From an uncultured Acidobacteriaceae bacterium (GTDB lineage Bacteria > Acidobacteriota > Terriglobia > Terriglobales > Acidobacteriaceae), in assembly GCA_963842095.1 (NCBI GenBank), contig CAWJEY010000007.1:137602-201601 (forward strand): a DNA stretch of 64,000 bases, in the 5' to 3' direction. The notes beneath the pieces are model-generated. The model ran no database searches. It had not been told where the DNA came from and worked only from the letters and a program-made list of their open reading frames with translations. A program made the position numbers and the translations under genes. Positions 44,122-51,311 of the stretch are shown piece by piece; the first letter of the stretch is position 1, and each line of letters begins with the position of its first letter.

Positions 44122-44600
44122 TGCGACTTCTCCAGCTTTTTCCCCACGGCTTCCGCACAGTACTGGACCAGCGCCTGGTCTTCGGCGCCAAACGCGGCGG
44201 GAAAATGGCTGTCGATGTCGAGTTCGCCGGCGACCTGCTTCTTCACGAAAATCGGCACCACGATTTCCGACTTGGTCTCCAGGGAACAGGCAAGGTAGCG
44301 GGGATCTTTGCTCACATCGTCGACCACGATCGTCTTTCCGCTGGACGCGGCAGCTCCGCAAATGCCCTGATTGAGCGGAATGCGCGTGTGCGGCGTCATC
44401 GCCCCCAGGAAAGCTTCCAGCACCAAGGCTGGCGGCTTGGCGCCGGGCTCAAGCATGTAAAAACCAACCCAGTTGTACTTCAGCATGCGCTCGTGCAAAA
44501 GCTTGCACACACCTTGCATCAGATCCTTCGCGGTTGGCGCCGCTTGCGCGAGCGCCGTGATTTCGTTGCGAACCTCTTCGATTCTGGTAGTGACGGGCAT
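44118..44600 (-). CDS. GAF-domain protein of the free-methionine-(R)-sulfoxide reductase (fRMsr/YebR) type
   Basis: 160 aa with NWVGFYML...LVLEAFLG...IPLNQGICGAAASSGKTIVVDDV...YLACSLETKSEIVVPI. Confidence 0.8.
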   Translation of the reverse strand: MPVTTRIEEVRNEITALAQAAPTAKDLMQGVCKLLHERMLKYNWVGFYMLEPGAKPPALVLEAFLGAMTPHTRIPLNQGICGAAASSGKTIVVDDVSKDPRYLACSLETKSEIVVPIFVKKQVAGELDIDSHFPAAFGAEDQALVQYCAEAVGKKLEKSQ

Positions 44601-44629
44601 GAGCAGAATCTTAACTCAGAGGAGCCGAT

Positions 44630-45466
44630 TCACGCTGTGGAAGACGGAACAGAGGTAATCTGGCGGATTCCTTCCGTGCCACCAAACAGTTCGGGATGAA
44701 TCGCATACGCCAGAGCGTCGAGACCGCGGAGAAGCGTGGGAGCGGGCGTGTTGAGGTGCTCGTCTCGGATGCAATAGACCCGGGATGTTCGAGCCGCGCG
44801 AGTTCCCTCCCAGTTGCGGTCCACAACAATTTTCTCCAAAGGCACGCGGTCGCCCGCTCCGCACCAGGCGGCAATCAAGATATCGGGATCCATGCCGGCC
44901 ACTTCTTCAGGGGAAATCTGCCGCCCCGGTGTACCCAGGAACTCGCCTCCGGCAGCCTCCACCAGTTCCGCGACCCAGGCCTGTGACGCAATCAGCGGCT
45001 TGCCCCATTCTTCGCAGAAAACTCTAGGGCGAAGCGCTCCCGCGACATGGGCCCGCACTTCTTCGATTCGTTGCTGCATGATGGCGATCACGTTGTCGCC
45101 GCGATCACTCGCACCGACCGTCCCGGCGATGAGGGCGATGTCGGCGTAGATATCAGTCAGAGTCTTCGGGGCCAAGCCGAGAAAACGCACGCCCACCTTG
45201 AGTATTTCGATGACCGCCTTCTCCTGGTAGGGCACTGAGGCGATGACGAGGTCGGGGCGCACAGCAATAATCTGCTCGGCGTTGGCAGTCCAGGAGTCGG
45301 CAAGGATAATGCGCGGTTGCGCTGTGATTTCGGGAACGACGTCCGCGCAATACTTTGTGCACGCGACCACGCGGTCAAGTTCGCCCACGGCGGCGAGAAT
45401 CACCGTCGCGCTGGGTTGCAGGCTGGCAATGCGCCGCGGCGTGTGCGAGGAGGGCATTATTCTCAC
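44630..45466 (-). CDS. periplasmic-binding-protein-fold (BtuF / Fe-siderophore-type) protein without an obvious signal peptide
   Basis: IASLQPSATVILAAVGELDRVVACT ... RPDLVIAS ... PDILIAAWCG. Confidence 0.7.
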   Translation of the reverse strand: MRIMPSSHTPRRIASLQPSATVILAAVGELDRVVACTKYCADVVPEITAQPRIILADSWTANAEQIIAVRPDLVIASVPYQEKAVIEILKVGVRFLGLAPKTLTDIYADIALIAGTVGASDRGDNVIAIMQQRIEEVRAHVAGALRPRVFCEEWGKPLIASQAWVAELVEAAGGEFLGTPGRQISPEEVAGMDPDILIAAWCGAGDRVPLEKIVVDRNWEGTRAARTSRVYCIRDEHLNTPAPTLLRGLDALAYAIHPELFGGTEGIRQITSVPSSTA

Positions 45467-45467
45467 G

Positions 45468-45827
45468 CTAAGGCCTGATCAAGCTCAGCGCGGCTGAAAG
45501 TGCGTCCAGGGCCAACTGAGCGGCGTGGGCTGAAGCTTGCGGCAGGCCGCCGACCGCGACACTCACGTCCTCGCGCCGCAGTTTCCGGGCTTCGCTTGGC
45601 ATCTTTCCAACCACCAGTTCCGTCAATGCCGAGGCGCAGGCAATCGCCGCCACGCATCCTCTGGCCTTGAATTGTGCCTGGGTAATTCTTCCAGCGCTGA
45701 TTTTCAGGGTTAGCCGCAAAACGTCTCCGCAAGCGGGATTCTCAATTTCTGCCGAGGCATCTGCGCCGGCAATTTCTCCAGCGTTGCGCGGATTCTGAAA
45801 ATGATCGAGTAACTGCGCAGAATACAT
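45468..45827 (-). CDS. NifU-N / IscU-like Fe-S scaffold-type protein
   Basis: MYSAQLLDHFQNPRNAGE...NPACGDVLRL...ARGCVAAIACAS. The third conserved Cys (HC) position reads HA. I chose the ATG at 45827 over the track start at 46010. Confidence 0.75.
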   Translation of the reverse strand: MYSAQLLDHFQNPRNAGEIAGADASAEIENPACGDVLRLTLKISAGRITQAQFKARGCVAAIACASALTELVVGKMPSEARKLRREDVSVAVGGLPQASAHAAQLALDALSAALSLIRP

Positions 45828-45867
45828 TTGCAGCCCAATTGTAAACGGCGTGCTCCCACCGGCAAAC

Positions 45868-46605
45868 TCAAGTGCGTGGGCCCGTGCCTTCCGGAAAATA
45901 AACCCGCCAGCCCCGCTCCCGCGCCGCGGACTCGAGGTCCGGATTCGGATTGACCGCGAAAGCATGTTTTGCCATGGCCAGCATTTCCGCATCCCAGCGC
46001 GAATTGCCAAACGCAGCCTCGATCTCCTTCTTGACGACTTCGCGCAGAGCCTGTGGCTTGCCGGAGCCGGAAGGCACGCGGATCAGACGATCGGTGACGA
46101 TGCCGTCGTGGCCTTCCACCTTGGCGGCAAGAATGCGGCTTTCGGGTATCCCGAAATGCTTCATCCCGGCGCGGATCACCCATTCGTTGGAGGAAGAGAC
46201 TGCCCAAACCTCGCATCCGTTTTCCTGCAGGCGGCGGACGAGTTCCCGCATCTCGGGAAATATCTGCGCGCCGAAGAACTGATCGAAGAAGCGGCCAGCG
46301 GCGTCCATCATCTTCGCTTCCGAAATACCCCTGTGCATGGTCACCATTTCCCCGCACATCGTGGTTTCATCGACCTCGCCGCGCTTGTAGGCAGCATAAC
46401 GCTCTCGCATCGGACCGACGGGCACGTCAGGAACAATATCGCCCTCTCTCAGTTCCCAATCGAAGAAGCGCTCCCCGGCATCGCCTGCCCACAGCGTTCC
46501 GTCGCAGTCGAACGCGGCGACCCGCAACTTAAGGCGAAGGATCGATTCGAGAAATTCTTTGGTGACGGGAAGAAATCCTTCTGCCTCGGCGGCATTCATC
46601 TTCAT
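45868..46605 (-). CDS. HAD-superfamily (subfamily IB-like) hydrolase
   Basis: The DxD motif VAAFDCDGTLW and a C-terminal GNSRWD. Confidence 0.75.
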   Translation of the reverse strand: MKMNAAEAEGFLPVTKEFLESILRLKLRVAAFDCDGTLWAGDAGERFFDWELREGDIVPDVPVGPMRERYAAYKRGEVDETTMCGEMVTMHRGISEAKMMDAAGRFFDQFFGAQIFPEMRELVRRLQENGCEVWAVSSSNEWVIRAGMKHFGIPESRILAAKVEGHDGIVTDRLIRVPSGSGKPQALREVVKKEIEAAFGNSRWDAEMLAMAKHAFAVNPNPDLESAARERGWRVYFPEGTGPRT

Positions 46606-46654
46606 CTATCGACGATAACGTGCTTCCGGGGAAACACGCAATGGTTTCGCTGGG

Positions 46655-47287
46655 TCATGAGGAGCGCAGGAGTCCCGCATACTCCTCCGGAGTGTTGATG
46701 TTCAACGCAACCAGCGGATCGTCCACTCGAAAGTATTGCATGTGCTCGTGATGCTGATGTTCGATGTCGCGAGCGGTCGAAGTGACGGGGACGCGCAGAA
46801 ACGCCTCGATCATCTCGCGGCCCACAAGGTAGGGATGGCCGTGCTTCCCCGAGAACTCCGGTACGATTGCCCAAACATTCTGCCCGGCAGCTTCGAAAGC
46901 ATCGCGCAGGGTTTGGATGGTTGCGGTTCTCACTGGAGGGCGGTCGACCAGCGTAACCATGGCCGCGTCACGGCCGTGGTTCAGCACTTCATGCAAACCG
47001 ATTTGCAGAGAACTGAACTGTCCACGGCTCGGATCCGGATTAACCACGAGGGACGCGCCGTGAGCAAAGATAATCGGCGCCAGCGCTGCTTCATTATTCC
47101 CCACCACGACCAGGACGAACTCCGTAGCCAGCGAAAGCGATCGAATTGCCGCCGAGAGAAAAGTCTCCGTGGAAGGCGCTTGCCCGCTTACCGGCGGCGG
47201 CCACGGTAGTAAGGCTTTATCCCGGCCCATGCGCGCGGATTCTCCGGCGGCGAGAATCAGGCCGGCAAAGTTGGAGGAGCGGGTCAT
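46655..47287 (-). CDS. MobA/MocA-like nucleotidyltransferase (molybdenum cofactor cytidylyl/guanylyl-transferase family)
   Basis: GLILAAGESARMGRDKALLPW from the ATG at 47287. Confidence 0.8.
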   Translation of the reverse strand: MTRSSNFAGLILAAGESARMGRDKALLPWPPPVSGQAPSTETFLSAAIRSLSLATEFVLVVVGNNEAALAPIIFAHGASLVVNPDPSRGQFSSLQIGLHEVLNHGRDAAMVTLVDRPPVRTATIQTLRDAFEAAGQNVWAIVPEFSGKHGHPYLVGREMIEAFLRVPVTSTARDIEHQHHEHMQYFRVDDPLVALNINTPEEYAGLLRSS

Positions 47288-47328
47288 GCTGCGAAGATAG
47301 CAGGGAACGGCGGGAAATTGTCGATTTT

Positions 47329-47366
47329 TGATTGTTGATTGGAGAGCGGTTCCCAATCAACAATCA
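47329..47366. repeat. 14-bp perfect hairpin built from TTGATTG units between xdhC and the mocA-like gene
   Basis: TGATTGTTGATTGG-agagcggttc-CCAATCAACAATCA. A further partial unit, atcaacaat, lies at 47370-78. Confidence 0.7.
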
Positions 47367-47378
47367 GAAATCAACAAT

Positions 47379-48242
47379 TCACTCGCGTTCCTCGATCGTC
47401 ACGTCTGTGACACCACTGCCGTCGGCCTCTGATTTCTGGGATCGGAACCAACTCATGTGGGGCAGTCCGGCCCCGGCGTGCCGCCGAATCGCGATCAACT
47501 CGGCCGTAATCGCAACCGCAATCTCTTCGGGCGTGATGGCTCCAATGTCGAGTCCGATCGGAGCGTGAACGCGGTCAAACAGATGCGCGGGCACTCCTTC
47601 CTTCTGCAGCGTCCTGAAGATTTCGATCACCTTGCGCTTGGAACCGATCATGCCCACGTAGCGGGCGCGAGTCTGCACCGCCCAGCGCAGGATGCGCATA
47701 TCGTCACGATGACCGCGGGTGACGATGACGATGTAAGAAGCCTCGTTTGGGTCAAGCTTCTTGGTGGCCTCTTCGAAGTCGAGCGCATGCACTTCCCGAG
47801 CCGCTGGGAAACGTTCTTTGGTGGCGTAAGAGGTGCGGTCGTCGGTGACGATCAGGTCAAAACCCGCATTTGCAGCAACCTGGCAAAGGTTTATGGCAAC
47901 ATGACCTGCACCGAACACATAAAGTAACGCTGGAGGTAAGATCGGCTCCACGAAAACTTCCAGCGTGCCGCCGCAGACCAGGCCAGTATCGTACTTCGGA
48001 TCCTGATTCAGATCGAAGCTAAGCGTACGAGGCTTCTCCGATTCCATGACCTCGCGCGCCGCCTGCCACACGTCGGCCTCGACACATCCACCACCGATGG
48101 TGCCGACGATCGAGCCATCGTCGCGTACCAGCATCTTCGCGGTCTTAAAAGAAGGAATCGAACCGCGCACGTTGACGATGGTTGCGACAGCGCCGCGGCG
48201 TCCATCGCGGCGGAGTTGCACGATTTGCTCGTAGATGTCCAT
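47379..48242 (-). CDS. XdhC/CoxI-family molybdoenzyme maturation factor
   Basis: The N-terminal XdhC_CoxI motif is GAVATIVNVRGSIPSFKTAKMLVRDDGSIVGTIGGGCVE. A Rossmann-like C-domain (VFGAGHVA) follows. Confidence 0.85.
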   Translation of the reverse strand: MDIYEQIVQLRRDGRRGAVATIVNVRGSIPSFKTAKMLVRDDGSIVGTIGGGCVEADVWQAAREVMESEKPRTLSFDLNQDPKYDTGLVCGGTLEVFVEPILPPALLYVFGAGHVAINLCQVAANAGFDLIVTDDRTSYATKERFPAAREVHALDFEEATKKLDPNEASYIVIVTRGHRDDMRILRWAVQTRARYVGMIGSKRKVIEIFRTLQKEGVPAHLFDRVHAPIGLDIGAITPEEIAVAITAELIAIRRHAGAGLPHMSWFRSQKSEADGSGVTDVTIEERE

Positions 48243-48308
48243 GCGGCGGCAGACTTGCAGGTTCGATTATCAATCGGTTAGCAGTGGGAGTCAAACCGAA
48301 CAAGCAAA

Positions 48309-48333
48309 AGCCCCAGTTCATTACTCTGGGGCT
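48309..48333. terminator. orphan terminator-like hairpin 66 nt upstream of the xdhC start
   Basis: AGCCCCAG-ttcattact-CTGGGGCT. On the minus strand it is followed by TTTTGCTTGTT, on the plus strand by CTTGCTGTGTTTCTG. No annotated gene ends here on either strand. Confidence 0.4.
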
Positions 48334-48461
48334 CTTGCTGTGTTTCTGTGGACCGGATACGGCTTGCCAAACCACTTCCATGGTTACGCGATTCGATGTC
48401 GGTGTCAATGCCAAGTCTCCTGATAATTAAGTTTGTGTTAGAACTGGTCTCGTAACGGATT

Positions 48462-48546
48462 CGGGAAGGGCACGGCTTCCAAGAGCCTGCCCTGAGCGAA
48501 GCCGAAGGGTGCCGCTAGCAGGGTGTAAGACCGCGGGCTTCAGCCC
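48462..48546. repeat. composite cluster of short dispersed repeats / REP-like hairpins
   Basis: It contains the 18-mer shared with 31369-86, the 26-mer shared (inverted) with 13294-319, and a GGGCTTCAGCCC palindrome. Confidence 0.7.
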
Positions 48547-48565
48547 GGGGACTTGGAGAAACGCT

Positions 48566-49588
48566 ATGAAAGCTGTCCGCATTCATCAATTCGGTGGCCC
48601 GGAAGTTTTAACGTACGAAGATGTCCCCGATCCACAACCGCGCAAAGATCAGGTGCTGGTGCGCGTGCGGGCGTGTTCGCTCAACCATCTCGATGTGTGG
48701 GTGCGCAAGGGATTGCCGGGCGGAAAGCTGCCGCACATTCTCGGCAGCGACGTCGCGGGCGAAGTGGCCGAGGTAGGCGAGTACGTCACCGGATTCAAGG
48801 CCGGCCAGCGCGTGCTGCTGGCGCCCATGCACTATTGCGGGCATTGCGAAAAGTGTGTTGCCGGTCTCCAGAATCAATGCCGCGCATTCACCGTGCTCGG
48901 CAATGGTGTAGACGGAGGAAACTGCGAACTGATCGCGGCCCCAGCGGCCAACGTGATTCCGATCCCCGACTCGCTCGATTTCAATCAGGCGGCCAGCGTG
49001 CCGCTGGTGTTTGTGACGGCGTGGCATATGCTGGTCGGACGAGCCGGCATCCGTCCGGGTCAGACCGTACTCGTGCTGGGCGCAAGTTCCGGCGTGGGCA
49101 TCGCTGCAATTCAGATTGCCAAACTCTTTCACTGCCGGGTGATCACCACTGCCGGTGACGAAGCGAAGCTGGCCAAGGGCCACGAACGGGGCGCAGACCA
49201 CGGCATCAACCATTATCAGCAGAAGATTTCCGAGGAGGTGCGCAAGATCACCAACAAAGAAGGCGTCGACATCGTGGTCGAGCACGTGGGCGCGGCCACC
49301 TGGGACGAAAGCGTGAAGTCTCTCAAGACCGGCGGCACGCTGGTCACTTGCGGCGCAACCACAGGTCCGAACGTAGGCATCGATCTCCGCCATCTTTTCG
49401 CGCGCCAGTTGACCCTGCTGGGCTCCTATATGGGAACCATGGGCGAACTCCATGAAGTGCTCAAGCACGTGTTCGCGGGACGCCTGAAGCCGGTGGTCGA
49501 CCGTACGTTCCCGCTCAGCGAATTACGGGCAGCGCATGAGTATTTGGAGAAGAGCCAGATGTTTGGGAAGATCGTGGTGAATCCGTAA
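48566..49588 (+). CDS. zinc-type medium-chain alcohol dehydrogenase / quinone oxidoreductase
   Basis: MKAVRIHQFGGPEVL..., structural-Zn Cys cluster CGHCEKCVAGLQNQC, and GASSGVG NAD(P)-binding motif. The SD GGAGAA lies upstream of the ATG at 48566. Confidence 0.9.
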   Translation: MKAVRIHQFGGPEVLTYEDVPDPQPRKDQVLVRVRACSLNHLDVWVRKGLPGGKLPHILGSDVAGEVAEVGEYVTGFKAGQRVLLAPMHYCGHCEKCVAGLQNQCRAFTVLGNGVDGGNCELIAAPAANVIPIPDSLDFNQAASVPLVFVTAWHMLVGRAGIRPGQTVLVLGASSGVGIAAIQIAKLFHCRVITTAGDEAKLAKGHERGADHGINHYQQKISEEVRKITNKEGVDIVVEHVGAATWDESVKSLKTGGTLVTCGATTGPNVGIDLRHLFARQLTLLGSYMGTMGELHEVLKHVFAGRLKPVVDRTFPLSELRAAHEYLEKSQMFGKIVVNP

Positions 49589-49599
49589 GGATTTGCTCA

Positions 49600-50106
49600 A
49601 TGACGCCCGCTTCAATTCGATACAGGCAGGCCGAAAGAACTGACATTCCGCGCATGGCCGCCATTTGGAACCTCGAAAGAAGCGAGGGCGGCACGTCGGA
49701 AGAGCGCATGGCCGCCTATTTCGACTGCCAGCACCATCCCCAGCATGCCCTGCTGCCTCGCGTCATTTACGTGGCTTACGAAGGCGAAGCCCTGATCGGC
49801 TATATCGCCGGACATCTTACGCGTCGCTTCGCTTGCGACGGAGAACTGCAATGGCTCTATGTGATTCCGGAGCGTCGGCGATGCGGAGTTGCGTCGGCCT
49901 TGATGCCGTACCTGGCTGCGTGGTTCAGGCAACACAATGCCTCGCGCGTGTGCGTGAACGTGGCACGCCGGAATACGGTCGCAGTTCATTTTTATGCCAA
50001 ACATGGCGCCGAACCAATGAAACTGGGCTGGCTGGTGTGGACTGACTTCCCCAAGGCGGTGGAGAAACCGGCAGCTTCTTCAGCGGAACAGCCGCGAGTG
50101 TTCTAA
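49600..50106 (+). CDS. GNAT-family N-acetyltransferase
   Basis: 168 aa with motif A-like LYVIPERRRCGVASALM. Confidence 0.8.
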   Translation: MTPASIRYRQAERTDIPRMAAIWNLERSEGGTSEERMAAYFDCQHHPQHALLPRVIYVAYEGEALIGYIAGHLTRRFACDGELQWLYVIPERRRCGVASALMPYLAAWFRQHNASRVCVNVARRNTVAVHFYAKHGAEPMKLGWLVWTDFPKAVEKPAASSAEQPRVF

Positions 50107-50115
50107 AATAGAGCT

Positions 50116-50676
50116 ATGTCCCCCGAACTAAATTTCGGTCCCTACATCGACACCGAGAACGGCAAGAAGGTGGTCAAGGACCTGACCTTCGGCAACCCCA
50201 CTCCGGAGGGCGTTGTGCTTTCCACGCTGGATTCGGCCGTCAACTGGATGCGCAAGGGCTCCATCTGGCCCATGACATTCGGCCTGGCCTGCTGCGCGAT
50301 CGAAATGATGTCGATGGGCGCGGCGCGGTTCGACATTGCGCGCTTTGGGGCTGAAGTGTTTCGACCGTCGCCCCGGCAGAGCGATCTCATGATTATTGCC
50401 GGCCGCGTTTCGAACAAAATGGCCCCGGTAATTCGCCAGTTGTGGGAGCAGATGCCGGAACCCAAGTGGGTGATTTCCATGGGCGCCTGTGCCACTTCCG
50501 GCGGCGTCTTCAACAACTATGCCCTAGTGCAGAGCGTCAACCAGGTAATTCCGGTCGACATTTATGTTCCGGGATGCCCGCCGCGCCCGGAGCAACTCAT
50601 CTACGCCATCACGCTGTTGCAGGAAAAGATTCAGAACGAGCGCGGGACCATTAAGAAGGCCCTGAATCTGGCCTAG
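50116..50676 (+). CDS. nuoB: NADH-quinone oxidoreductase subunit B (NuoB / 20-kDa PSST homologue)
   Basis: N2-cluster Cys motifs [17 protein letters not shown] and VPGCPPRPE. No other nuo gene is in the window. Confidence 0.92.
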   Translation: MSPELNFGPYIDTENGKKVVKDLTFGNPTPEGVVLSTLDSAVNWMRKGSIWPMTFGLACCAIEMMSMGAARFDIARFGAEVFRPSPRQSDLMIIAGRVSNKMAPVIRQLWEQMPEPKWVISMGACATSGGVFNNYALVQSVNQVIPVDIYVPGCPPRPEQLIYAITLLQEKIQNERGTIKKALNLA

Positions 50677-51017
50677 CCTTTGGAGTTTCCGCGGTGCATT
50701 TCCCCGTTTTTCCTCAAGCAGAGGTGACGCCGGTCGCCTCCGCAAGTGACGATTGTCACAGCTTTTGGGCTTCGCATCCCGGAAAATATCGTCTAAGGCA
50801 AGAACAATGCGTTTACCGCCTGCCTGTAACTAGCTTCCAGAGAATCGCTTGGGAGTAGGGTGCCGAAGATCCCAGCTTACGGCGAGGAATACGAAACCAT
50901 TCCCCGCCAGGATGAATCTAATCTTTCGAGTGGTTGCGTATTGAAAGTGGCAGTCGCAGGGGGCCGCACACTCAGAATATCCCAGGGAGAAACGACCCAG
51001 GGTGTGGAAGGTGCTCC

Positions 51018-51254
51018 ATGGTAGCAAAATTGATTGACGTGTTTTTCGGTTGCCGGCACCCCCGGTACAGCTTTCCGGTAACCATTCGCGGAACGGCACG
51101 CCGTCCGCAGGCCGGCGCATTGACCGGCACCTACGTAGCTTGCCTCGATTGCGGAAGAGAATTTCCCTACGACTGGCAGGAGATGAAGGTCATCACTTCG
51201 CAGGCGGAGAGGCGCGAGTACGTAGCTTCGCTGGCACACAAGCAAGCCGCGTAA
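51018..51254 (+). CDS. hypothetical small protein with Cys/His pairs (possible zinc ribbon)
   Basis: MVAKLIDVFFGCRHPRYSFP...YVACLDCGREFPYDWQEM. The SD GGAAGG lies about 8 nt upstream of the ATG at 51018. Confidence 0.5.
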   Translation: MVAKLIDVFFGCRHPRYSFPVTIRGTARRPQAGALTGTYVACLDCGREFPYDWQEMKVITSQAERREYVASLAHKQAA

Positions 51255-51266
51255 GCTTATCCACGT

Positions 51267-51295
51267 TTGTCATCCTGCGAATCGAGGGATGACAA
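51267..51295. terminator. hairpin between the convergent small gene and gltA
   Basis: TTGTCATCC-tgcgaatcgag-GGATGACAA forms a 9-bp perfect stem. Confidence 0.5.
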
Positions 51296-51311
51296 GTGTA
51301 TTAAAACGGCG

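Noticed and set aside
48145-48414. An 89-aa minus ORF starting at TTG 48414, with AGGAG just upstream, running into xdhC in another frame.
   Set aside because: The SD-to-start spacing is only about 2 nt. The ORF passes through the terminator-like hairpin and overlaps the xdhC start out of frame.
48243-48565. A Moco riboswitch upstream of xdhC-mocA.
   Set aside because: The functional context is tempting, but I could not recognise the conserved Moco-motif core by eye. It needs an Infernal scan, so only the hairpin is reported.
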